64,000 bases of DNA from Candidatus Poribacteria bacterium (GTDB lineage Bacteria; Poribacteria; WGA-4E; WGA-3G), in assembly GCA_964291315.2 (NCBI GenBank), contig OZ219753.1, positions 800,001-864,000 of the forward strand, in the 5' to 3' direction. Position 1 is the stretch's first letter. Every line of letters begins with the position of its first letter. A program made the position numbers and the translations under genes. Shown piece by piece: positions 17,643 to 26,778 of the stretch. Under the pieces are notes generated by a model. The model did not search any database and was not told the origin of the DNA. It worked only from the letters and a program-made list of their open reading frames with translations.

Positions 17643-20600
17643 TTAATCGTCAGCGGGGGTTGCGGATGCGAACAAATCCTCGTCTGAGATGGTTCGGAAA
17701 CGTTCTTCTGGATTTCTCAGGAAGAGTTTTCGTATATCTGTTGTGATTGCGTAGAGGGCGGGCATGACGAGTAGGGTCATCGTTGTTGCGAAGGAAAGTC
17801 CGAAGATAATTGTATATGCCATGGGCATCCAGATCGGTGATTTGCCACCCAAGCCAATGGCCATGGGGATGAGTCCAAAGATCGTGGTCAGTGAGGTAAG
17901 GATGATGGGCCGCAATCGGATGCTTCCGCCTTTCAGAATTGCGTACCATTTGTTATAGCCTCTTTCGCGGTATTTGTTGATAAAGTCGATAAGAACGATG
18001 GAATCATTGACGACAACTCCGGAGAGTGCGACGATACCAAACATTGCGATGATGCTAAGTGTTGCGTTGGAAAGGAGGAGTCCTACCATGGCGCCTATCA
18101 TTCCGAATGGGACGGCAAACATGATGATAATTGGTTGTAGGAACGATTTGAATTGTGCGCCTAGTACGACGTAGATTAGGAGGAGTCCAACAACGAATAG
18201 TTTCCAGAGCTCGGAGAAGGATTCTATGATTTCGTCAAAGATTCCTCGGAAGTCGAGCTGGTATCCTGGGTAGAGTGCTTCTACATCGGTGAAAGCGCTA
18301 ATGAGTGTCTGATTCACTTTAAAAGCGGTTGTTTTGGTGGTGTCTACGGAGGCGTAAACTGTGATGGCTCGTTCTCCGTCGAATCGGCGAATATCGGAGT
18401 ATCCCTTTTCTTCTGTAATATCGGCGACGTCTTTGAGTGGGACAATCGCCCCGGTGGGGGTTGCGATTAAGAGGTTACTCAGCTGTGTGAGGTTTGCAAG
18501 GTTATCTTCCTGATATTTGACTACAACATCAATTGCTTCGTCTGCTTCGCGATAGGTTGTGGCCTTAGCTCCTTCAATAGCAGTGCGCACTGTTTGTGCG
18601 ACTTGGAATGTAGTTAGCCCGTATTGATGTGCTTTTTCCGGTTTTAGGTAGATCCGGAGTTCGGATTTTCCTGTCCGAAAGTCATCGCGGATGTCGTAAA
18701 CCCCGTCTATCTGAAGGAGCGCTGCTTTAAGGACCTCGGAGAGTTCTGTGAGTTGATTGAACCTTGGTCCTTTTACCTTGACTTCAACGTCTGCGCCTTG
18801 TGGTGGTCCGCCTTCTTGTGTGATGAAATTCAGTTGTTCGATTCCACTGACTGTTGCGGTTTTGGTTCTCAGTTCTGCGATGATGTCATCAACGCTGCGT
18901 TTCCGTTTTTGCTTTGGTTCGAGTTCGATAATAACTTCTCCGAAATTTGAGCCGTAGGAAACACCTTCAAACAACCCGGAAGTAGGTGTATGTAGTCCGA
19001 TGTTGCTGACGATTGCTGCGACTTCACTTGAGGGCAGCGTTTTCGCGGCAGTTTCGATTTGGGCGATTACAGCGGTTGTCTCTTGGATGCCGTAGGAGGG
19101 TGGCATTTCGGCTTTGACATAAAATTGTGGAAAATCTTCTCCGGGGAAAAGTTCCTTGTCGAGCACTACAAATGCGCTAACGCATGCAACTAAGCCGATA
19201 AGGAGTACAGATCCGACAAAGGCGTATCGGTGTCGGATTGTCATTTTCAAAATTCTAACGTATCGGTTTCGGATGCGGTCAAACACGGTGCCAAATCCAT
19301 GTAAAAAGGCGACGATGGCGGCACTTAAGGTAGCGGTATTCGTAGGGTTGTTTTGGTTTCCCTGAGGTCTAGTGTTTGGGTTTCGGTGTTTTGGTTTCCC
19401 CCATTCTGCGACGTGTGCGGGTAAGATGGCGAAGACTTCGAATAGCGATGCCACGAGGACGAGGATAGCCATAATTGGGACGACTCGCATGAACTGACCA
19501 GAAACACCGGACATGAACATTAAGGGTCCAAAAGCACAGATCGTCGTTAAGCTTGCTGCGAGAACTGGCCAGCCGACTTCCTCTGCTCCGCGTATTGCGG
19601 CGACCTTTGGTGATGCGCCTAATTCGATATGTCGGTAGATATTTTCCACAACGACGATAGCGTCGTCTACAACGATGCCGACTACCAAAATGAGCCCAAA
19701 CAAGGAAACGCCGCTGAGTGTGTATCCTCCGAGGAACATGAAGCAAAATGTTGCCATGAATGCGACGGGTATGCCTAGTGCGGCGAACATTGCGTTTCGC
19801 CACCCGATAAAGAGGAAGAGCATTAGTACGACGAGCGCTAAACCGAAGAGTGCGTTTGTTTCAAGTATTCCCAATCTTTCCTTGAGTATAACGGAGTAGT
19901 CGTTAACAGCGGTTAGCTGTGCTCCTTCGGGCAGGTCGGTTTTTCGTTTTTTTACGAGTTCGCGGAGTTGAGCAACTAGGGCGATTGTATTTCCTTCGGT
20001 CTTTTTTTGAACGCTCAAACTAATAGAAGGTTCGCCGTTAATTCGTGAGAGGGTTCGCGGGTCTTCGTAAGTGTCTGAAATGGTTGCAACGTCCTTTAGT
20101 CGTAAGGGAGTACCTGTGGGTTGAACGGCGACAATGGTTTCCGCGATTGCGTCGGGGTCTGCAAATTCGCCCATTGTGCGCACCATGAATTCGGTGTTTC
20201 CGAGTTCCATTGTGCCTGCAGGCAGGTTCAAGTTGCTGGCACCGAGTACAGCGACGACATTTGCGATTGGGATCTGATAGGCCCTCAATCGATCAGGGTC
20301 CATCTCAATCCAGATTTCCCTTTCACGGAGTCCTGCTATCCGGACAGATGCAATGTTTTTGATGTCTAAGATTTCATCTTTGAGGTTTTCGGCAATAGTC
20401 CGCATCTGTCGTTCGGAAATGTCTCCGCCAACAACGATTGTCAACATAGGGAATCCGGATGAGACATCGAGTTCTTCGACGATAGGGTCGTCTAAAATTT
20501 CTTCGGGTAATTCGTCTACTCGTTCGACAGCGGTGCGTAGGTTTTCGATTTCCTTGTCGTAATCTCGGTTCCCCATTTCTTCAAAATCGACCGAGATCAC

Positions 20601-20870
20601 GGATCGTCCTTCTGAAGAGATAGAGAGCAATAGGTTGATTTTCCCGACGTTTTCTTCAATAGCGTCTTCGATAGGGGCAGTGACGAGTTTTTCAACTTCT
20701 TCTGGGGAGGCGCCTGGGTATAGGGTTGTGACGGTTGCGCTCTGTAGTTCGATTTCTGGTGTGAGTTCTCGTGGCAGGTTTATCCATGCGTAGACCCCAA
20801 AAACGGTGATGATAATCATCAACATGTTTGCTAAAACAGGGTTATTCACGGATATTTTCGGAATGGACAT
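17643..20870 (-). CDS. AcrB/AcrD/AcrF family RND efflux permease
   Basis: 1075 aa. YPGASPEEVE, GIVVDDAIVVVENI, RLRPIILTSLTT. Confidence 0.93.
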   Translation of the reverse strand: MSIPKISVNNPVLANMLMIIITVFGVYAWINLPRELTPEIELQSATVTTLYPGASPEEVEKLVTAPIEDAIEENVGKINLLLSISSEGRSVISVDFEEMGNRDYDKEIENLRTAVERVDELPEEILDDPIVEELDVSSGFPMLTIVVGGDISERQMRTIAENLKDEILDIKNIASVRIAGLREREIWIEMDPDRLRAYQIPIANVVAVLGASNLNLPAGTMELGNTEFMVRTMGEFADPDAIAETIVAVQPTGTPLRLKDVATISDTYEDPRTLSRINGEPSISLSVQKKTEGNTIALVAQLRELVKKRKTDLPEGAQLTAVNDYSVILKERLGILETNALFGLALVVLMLFLFIGWRNAMFAALGIPVAFMATFCFMFLGGYTLSGVSLFGLILVVGIVVDDAIVVVENIYRHIELGASPKVAAIRGAEEVGWPVLAASLTTICAFGPLMFMSGVSGQFMRVVPIMAILVLVASLFEVFAILPAHVAEWGKPKHRNPNTRPQGNQNNPTNTATLSAAIVAFLHGFGTVFDRIRNRYVRILKMTIRHRYAFVGSVLLIGLVACVSAFVVLDKELFPGEDFPQFYVKAEMPPSYGIQETTAVIAQIETAAKTLPSSEVAAIVSNIGLHTPTSGLFEGVSYGSNFGEVIIELEPKQKRKRSVDDIIAELRTKTATVSGIEQLNFITQEGGPPQGADVEVKVKGPRFNQLTELSEVLKAALLQIDGVYDIRDDFRTGKSELRIYLKPEKAHQYGLTTFQVAQTVRTAIEGAKATTYREADEAIDVVVKYQEDNLANLTQLSNLLIATPTGAIVPLKDVADITEEKGYSDIRRFDGERAITVYASVDTTKTTAFKVNQTLISAFTDVEALYPGYQLDFRGIFDEIIESFSELWKLFVVGLLLIYVVLGAQFKSFLQPIIIMFAVPFGMIGAMVGLLLSNATLSIIAMFGIVALSGVVVNDSIVLIDFINKYRERGYNKWYAILKGGSIRLRPIILTSLTTIFGLIPMAIGLGGKSPIWMPMAYTIIFGLSFATTMTLLVMPALYAITTDIRKLFLRNPEERFRTISDEDLFASATPADD

Positions 20871-20918
20871 GAGGGTAGAAGGTCTCCTTCTTTTTTGTAG
20901 TCTAACGGGAGTTCTGGG

Positions 20919-21698
20919 TTACCGATTTACTTTGAGGTCTGCCCATGTGACTGCCAATTTTCCTGTTGGTTCAACGTTTAATCCGCCCAGGGCATCTGCT
21001 AGTCCGTGTTCTATGATGGTCATTATGTCGTCTTCGGTGAGTACTGTGTTGAAGATAGCGGCTTCGTCAATAATACCGACGAAGTATGATCCGTCGCCCC
21101 ATCTCCCGATTTCGACGGGGTTTAGTGTAGCGGCGGTTTTTCCTGGGCGTGTGCTGGTGCCTGCTTTTTCCCCGTTTACATAGACGGTGAGTTGTTCGTT
21201 TTTTTCGTTGGCGTTGTAAGTTGCGGCGAAGTGGGTCCAGGTGTCTTCGTCTGGGACGTTTGCAGAGGCTCTGGGTTCCCAGCTGCCGCCTGGTTTAACA
21301 AATGCGGACATTTTATTGCCTTCTTGGGGTGGGTCGATGCGCAAGAGATATTCGTCACTTTTAGCGATGATTTGTCTCCATGTGGAAATATCGGTGGCGT
21401 AGAACCAAGCTAGCATGGTGAGTTCTTCGCCGAGTTGCAGTTGTGGTGTTGATTCGATTGACACCCATTGTGCGCCGTCAAATTCGAGTGCTTTTCCGAT
21501 TTTCCCGTCTTTCCACTTGGCTCCATTGATTGTGCCTTCGTGTCCGAGTCCTGAAGAATCTTTGGTTGTTTTGCCGGTGCCTTCATCGAGGAGCCAGACG
21601 CCGACGGCTGTTTCTGGGTCAATTTTAGCGTGGCAGATTTGTCCGGGTGTTGAAGCGATGTAACAGATGATTCCTAGAGCTAATATTGATTTTCGCAT
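20919..21698 (-). CDS. Secreted LamG-like jellyroll protein with C-terminal VEPTGKLAVTWADLK tail
   Basis: Signal peptide, W.LDEG.G...KDSSG, GKIGKALEFDG, WTHFAATY and FVGIIDE. Confidence 0.88.
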   Translation of the reverse strand: MRKSILALGIICYIASTPGQICHAKIDPETAVGVWLLDEGTGKTTKDSSGLGHEGTINGAKWKDGKIGKALEFDGAQWVSIESTPQLQLGEELTMLAWFYATDISTWRQIIAKSDEYLLRIDPPQEGNKMSAFVKPGGSWEPRASANVPDEDTWTHFAATYNANEKNEQLTVYVNGEKAGTSTRPGKTAATLNPVEIGRWGDGSYFVGIIDEAAIFNTVLTEDDIMTIIEHGLADALGGLNVEPTGKLAVTWADLKVNR

Positions 21699-21787
21699 TT
21701 TGTCTCCTTCGTCTATTCATATGTCTCATATGTGTGGAAAATTTCTTTTTACTTGCGTACTGGTTGGCTGTACCAGATACTACGATT

Positions 21788-21899
21788 TAAGTGAGTTTGA
21801 TAGTTATTTGGTAGATCTTTGGATAAAGCGAGATCTTGCACAGTCGAGCAGGTTGTGCTACAAAAGAGCCGTCTCTAAATCTTTTCCAAACTCGCGTTA
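21788..21899. mobile_element. ~110-bp MITE-like element with IS982-type TIRs enclosing a REP-like palindrome
   Basis: Left TAAGTGAGTTTGATA, right CCAAACTCGCGTTA, internal GCACAG...AGGTTGTGCTAC (21838-21861). Confidence 0.55.
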
Positions 21900-22052
21900 C
21901 AATTATAACATATTCTGCAGTAGTTTACCAGATAAAGAAAAAACGTTAGGTGCCTAGGCGCTATTTCTGATTGGACATTCCGCTAAAATTGTGGTAGACT
22001 TAAGGATAATGAGAATTAAAACTGCTCTGTGGGAGGTTGAAAGAGATAGACT

Positions 22053-23489
22053 ATGGATGGAAAAGAACAGCTTGTTGTTGAGCTCTCCACGCTTTTGGGT
22101 TGTGAAAATGTTCTCACAGATGCGACTGCGCTATCGGTGTATGAATGTGATGCTGCGCCCTCCTTTAAGGCGGTGCCGGATGTTGTTGTCTTTGTAGATA
22201 CAGCGGCTCAGGTATCGGATGTGGTAAAGTTGGCGAATAGGTACGGTGTGCCGTTCGTTGCTCGCGGTGGCGGTACTGGTTTAAGTGGCGGCATGCTCTC
22301 TATTCGAGGTGGTATTATTATTGCCTTGAATCGTATGGATCGTATCTTAGAGATAGATATTGAAAACGAACAGGCGGTGGTTGAGCCTGGGGTTGTTAAT
22401 CTATTGCTGACCCAATCGGTTCAGAGCGATGGTTATCATTATGCGCCGGATCCGTCGAGTCAGCAGGCGTGTACGATTGGTGGCAATATTGCGGAGAATT
22501 CTGGTGGTCCGCATACCTTGAAGTACGGTGTCACGTCTGATCATGTGCTTGGTCTAGAGGTAGTTTTACCGGATGGCGAGATTATTGAGCTGGGTGGTAG
22601 TGTTGAGGAGGTTCTCGGTTATGATCTTCGTGGGGTGATGATCGGTTCGGAGGGTACTTTTGGGATAGTGACTAAAGCGGTGGTTCGTCTCACTCGTAAT
22701 CCGGAGGCGTATCAGACTGCTCTTGCGGTTTTTGAAAGGATGGATGATGCTTCAAATGCGGTGTCGACAATTATTGGTGCGGGTATTATTCCTGCGGCGC
22801 TTGAGATGATGGATCGTCTGGTGATTCGTGCTTTGGAAGAAGCTTTCCATTTTGGTTTTCCGCTTGATGCTGAGGCTATTTTGATTGTGGAACTCGACGG
22901 TATTGATGCGGGCATGCAAAAGCAAGCGGATCGGATTTTGCAGATATTCGGGCAGCATAATGCGCGGGATGTGAGTTATGCGAAAGATGAGTTGGAGCGT
23001 CAGGAGCTTTGGAAGGCTCGGAAAAGTGCGTTTGGTTCGTTCGGGCGGCTTGCTCCGAACTATATCACTCAAGATGGGGTTGTTCCGAGGACGACGCTGC
23101 CGAAGGTGTTGCGGCGTATCTCCGAGATCTCTGAGAAATATCAGATTCCGATTGCCAATGTGTTCCATGCTGGTGATGGTAACATCCACCCGATTGTTCT
23201 GTTCAACGAACGCGATGCGGATCAGTGTGAGCGTGTAGAGCTGGTCAATAAGGAGATCTTGATGGTATGTGCTGAAGTTGGTGGAACAATTACTGGTGAA
23301 CACGGTGTTGGTGTTGAGAAGATGGATTATATGCCGTTAATTTTTAGTGCTGCGGATTTGCAGGTGATGGCGACAGTGAAGGGCATTTTTGACTCCAAGG
23401 GTCTCTGTAATCCGGGGAAGATTTTCCCGACTGCTGAATCTTATGAGAAGCTAGGTGTGCAGTCTGATGTAAGCTGTGTTGCTTCTTGA
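22053..23489 (+). CDS. glcD: Glycolate oxidase FAD-binding subunit GlcD
   Basis: RGGGTGLSGG, PDPSSQQACTIGGNIAENSGGPH, FHAGDGNIHP, GEHGVG and NPGKIFP. Confidence 0.9.
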   Translation: MDGKEQLVVELSTLLGCENVLTDATALSVYECDAAPSFKAVPDVVVFVDTAAQVSDVVKLANRYGVPFVARGGGTGLSGGMLSIRGGIIIALNRMDRILEIDIENEQAVVEPGVVNLLLTQSVQSDGYHYAPDPSSQQACTIGGNIAENSGGPHTLKYGVTSDHVLGLEVVLPDGEIIELGGSVEEVLGYDLRGVMIGSEGTFGIVTKAVVRLTRNPEAYQTALAVFERMDDASNAVSTIIGAGIIPAALEMMDRLVIRALEEAFHFGFPLDAEAILIVELDGIDAGMQKQADRILQIFGQHNARDVSYAKDELERQELWKARKSAFGSFGRLAPNYITQDGVVPRTTLPKVLRRISEISEKYQIPIANVFHAGDGNIHPIVLFNERDADQCERVELVNKEILMVCAEVGGTITGEHGVGVEKMDYMPLIFSAADLQVMATVKGIFDSKGLCNPGKIFPTAESYEKLGVQSDVSCVAS

Positions 23490-23573
23490 GTATCATGCCG
23501 GTTTTTGTAGGTGTTTGCGGTCCGTGGCGTTCACAGAAAATTATTGCGCACTAATGAGAGAAAAAGAGAACAG

Positions 23574-24926
23574 ATGGGAAATTCATGTACTTTGCACGAT
23601 GAGCTTAGAGAGATTGTTGGGGGTTCAGGCCTCCTTTCAGATGGGTCATGTGGTTCTTATGTTGTTGATGGATACAGACCGAGGGCGGTGATCTCGCCAA
23701 CATGTGTCCGAGAAATACAAGCGGTGCTTCGCTTTGCTGCAAAACGGGGGCTTTCGGTTATTCCTGCGGGGTCGGGCACGAAGCTTGGTATCGGCAACCT
23801 TCCGCGGAGAGTGGATGTGGTTCTGACGACGGCGCGTCTGAATAGTGTTGTTGAGTATGAACCTGCGGATCTGACTGTGACTGTAGAGGCAGGTATTCGT
23901 TTGCGGGAGCTGCAAACGGTGTTAGGGCGACATCGGCAGTTTTTGGCTATGAATCCGCCTTATGCGGAACACTGTACGCTTGGTGGGATTGTGGCATCAA
24001 ATGCAAGTGGTTTCCTCCGCCTGCGATATGGAACTGCGCGAAGCCAGGTGCTGGGGATGCGGGTTGTTCAGGCGGACGGGACTGTTGTAAAAAGTGGTGG
24101 GAAAGTGGTAAAGAATGTTGCTGGGTATGATCTTAACAAACTTTATATAGGTGCCTACGGAACGTTGGGCATTATTACTGAAGTCTCGCTCAAATTGTCG
24201 CCTATACCGGCACAGCAGGCGATACTCAAAGCAGTGTTTCGAGATATTCGCTCTGCAGTCAGCACAGGTTTAGCGATTGTTCGCTCTCAGATCTTACCGA
24301 TGTTTGTAAATTTGTTTATTAATTTCGATCCGATGTGTGCGCAAACGGAGTGTCTCGGATCAGAGAGACCGGATAACAGAAGGTTCATGTTGTTAGCTGG
24401 GTTTGGCGGGGATTCTGAGGCTGTATCGTGGCAGTTGGCGCGAAGTCAGGAGATTTTGGAACAAAACGGTGCAATAGGTGTAACAACTGTAGCGGGTGTA
24501 TCGCAACGCCGTCTTCAAGAGGGTATTCAGGAATTCCCTGCAAATGACGTGGAGACTGGGCCTGTAATTGTGAAGATACACTTGAAACGGACTGATATGG
24601 CTGCGTTTTCTGATCAGATTATGGGTGCGAGTTGGGCTGCGGCTGTGCAAGTGATGGGTTTACTTGGGAGCGGTGTATTGTATCTCAGAATAGCTTCGGT
24701 AACAGAAACTGATTGGCAGGATCTTGCGGATGTGCTAACTCGTCTGCGTCAGGCTGCCTTGAGGTTAGAAGGGAATCTGATCATAGAGACGGCGCCGCCT
24801 GAGCTCAAACGGCTTATTGACGTTTGGGGGCCAGTCGGAGACACACTTCATTTAATGAAACAGGTTAAAGCTAAATTCGATGTGGATGGTTTGCTGAGTC
24901 CGGGGAGGTTCATTGCGAGTATTTAG
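23574..24926 (+). CDS. glcE: Glycolate oxidase subunit GlcE-like FAD-binding oxidoreductase
   Basis: YEPADLTVTVEAG, TLGGIVA, GGKVVKNVAGYDLNKL and SPGRF. Lies directly after glcD. Confidence 0.85.
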   Translation: MGNSCTLHDELREIVGGSGLLSDGSCGSYVVDGYRPRAVISPTCVREIQAVLRFAAKRGLSVIPAGSGTKLGIGNLPRRVDVVLTTARLNSVVEYEPADLTVTVEAGIRLRELQTVLGRHRQFLAMNPPYAEHCTLGGIVASNASGFLRLRYGTARSQVLGMRVVQADGTVVKSGGKVVKNVAGYDLNKLYIGAYGTLGIITEVSLKLSPIPAQQAILKAVFRDIRSAVSTGLAIVRSQILPMFVNLFINFDPMCAQTECLGSERPDNRRFMLLAGFGGDSEAVSWQLARSQEILEQNGAIGVTTVAGVSQRRLQEGIQEFPANDVETGPVIVKIHLKRTDMAAFSDQIMGASWAAAVQVMGLLGSGVLYLRIASVTETDWQDLADVLTRLRQAALRLEGNLIIETAPPELKRLIDVWGPVGDTLHLMKQVKAKFDVDGLLSPGRFIASI

Positions 24927-25093
24927 ATTCTGTTTCGCTCACTAGAATACCGTGGCGGACTTTTCTGCGCTTCATGGGGAGCTTCACAACTACTCACCTC
25001 GGAAAAATCGGGCAGGCAATAGTGCAGATGTCTTAAGATATAAGATGGCGTGTGACATAATTGCAAGCCTATATTGCAAGAGGGGTATATAAT

Positions 25094-26761
25094 ATGAGAA
25101 AGAAGAGAGGGAGGGTTTTGTGGATTGATAGTGAGGTTTCTAATGCTGGGGGCTCAAACGCTGAGGCGGGAGCTCGGTATTCTGAAGAGCAGGTAGATAT
25201 AAGGTTAGAACCTTATCTTTCCTTTTTAGCGTCTGAGGGTTACGATGTGTCGGTAGCAAATGGGGTTCCATGCGGCATTAAGTTGCTCAAGGATGGGACG
25301 TATGATGCTGCGTTGTTGCATTATGGTGGGTCGGCGCGAGAGGAGAATCTACTTGCGCATATCCGAAACTTAGATGCGCATATTCCTATTCTACTTTTAA
25401 CGTGTGAAGAGGGGGATGAAGTAAGAGGAGAGGCGATTTTTCATGGTGTTACCAACATCTTTATGATGCCGGCGGGTCGGGTGGATGAGTCTTTAGAGAA
25501 GATATTGTGCAAACAATTGGGGGCTTCTCTCGCTTTTCTGACTGAAAAGCAGGCGGTGCGCGAGGCGTATGTGCCTCGGGCTTATGTCCAGAATTTCAAT
25601 AGCGGGTACCACTCGGATCCAACGATGCTAAAACCTAACTACGGCAGCAGTTGGCAAGGGTGGATTGATACTTATCTTGATCTCATCAAGTGGGATCTAC
25701 AGCTTGACACGCTGCGTAACGTAGATGAGCTGAAAGTCATTCATGCGATGCGAAAAGAGGAGGCGAACGCTGCGTTTGCCGATTATATTCAAGACAACTA
25801 CGGTAAGTGGTTTGCGAGTGAAGAATCGCCTATCTTATCGGTGGATGTGGTTTATAGGTATGTAATCCCTGAGATTCAAGCTGGGAAACAGGTGTTGTTT
25901 GTTGTAATGGATTGCATGCGCTTGGATCAGTGGTTGAAGATTGAGCCACTGCTTTACCCGATGTTTGAGATAACGACGCACTATTACTATTCGATTCTAC
26001 CGACGGCGACTCGTTATGCGCGAAATGCGATTTTTAGTGGTTTGTTTCCGCTTGAGTTGGCTGATCGGTATCCGCATCTATATGCGGAGCCGGACAAAGT
26101 GCATACGAGCATCAATCGGCATGAGAAAGAGTTGATGCGTTTGCAGCTTGAGCGTCATGGTATTGCGTTGAAGCCGCCGATGCATTATTTTAAGATTTTT
26201 GACACGCAGGGGGAGGAGCAATATTTACAGTGGCTGAGTATGGCTAACCGGATTAGCTTGGAGGCGATTGTTGTTGATTTATTGGATATGCTGACTCACA
26301 CCCGTTATGAGGCGGATTTACTTCGGCAGTTGATTCCGGATGAGGCGGCCTTCCGGACGCTTGTGCATGCGTGGTTTCAGCATTCTTGGGTGTATAAGAT
26401 ATTGAAAATGGTAGCGGATCGCGGCATAACGGTAGTTTTAACGTCAGATCATGGTTCTATCCTCTGTCAGAATGCGGCGAAGATATCGAGTCAAACTGCC
26501 TTGACTAACGGGTTACGGTTTAAGGAGGGGAAGCGTATGGTCTGTGATCCTGATGCGGGTTACCTCATAAGGGATCCGGAGACGCATCGTCTGCCGGGTA
26601 GTGCGGCGGGGAAGAGCTATGTTATCGCTAAAGAGGACTACTATTTTGTTTATGAAAGACAGTTTGATATTTACAAAGATCTCTTCTATGGTAGTTTCCA
26701 ACATGGTGGCATTTCGCTTGAAGAGATGATTCTCCCGTGTGTTGTGCTTGAACCGAGATAA
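25094..26761 (+). CDS. PorX-like receiver + PglZ (alkaline phosphatase superfamily) protein with a degenerate receiver
   Basis: VLWID start, DCMRLDQW, SILPTATRYARNAIFSG, TSDHGS and FQHGGISLEEM. The expected phospho-Asp position reads 'LLHY'. Confidence 0.8.
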   Translation: MRKKRGRVLWIDSEVSNAGGSNAEAGARYSEEQVDIRLEPYLSFLASEGYDVSVANGVPCGIKLLKDGTYDAALLHYGGSAREENLLAHIRNLDAHIPILLLTCEEGDEVRGEAIFHGVTNIFMMPAGRVDESLEKILCKQLGASLAFLTEKQAVREAYVPRAYVQNFNSGYHSDPTMLKPNYGSSWQGWIDTYLDLIKWDLQLDTLRNVDELKVIHAMRKEEANAAFADYIQDNYGKWFASEESPILSVDVVYRYVIPEIQAGKQVLFVVMDCMRLDQWLKIEPLLYPMFEITTHYYYSILPTATRYARNAIFSGLFPLELADRYPHLYAEPDKVHTSINRHEKELMRLQLERHGIALKPPMHYFKIFDTQGEEQYLQWLSMANRISLEAIVVDLLDMLTHTRYEADLLRQLIPDEAAFRTLVHAWFQHSWVYKILKMVADRGITVVLTSDHGSILCQNAAKISSQTALTNGLRFKEGKRMVCDPDAGYLIRDPETHRLPGSAAGKSYVIAKEDYYFVYERQFDIYKDLFYGSFQHGGISLEEMILPCVVLEPR

Positions 26762-26778
26762 TAGAGGGTTGCTGGTGT

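Noticed and set aside
25094-26761. BREX system (PglZ)
   Set aside because: The architecture is receiver + PglZ (PorX-like), with no brxC/pglX/brxL neighbours.
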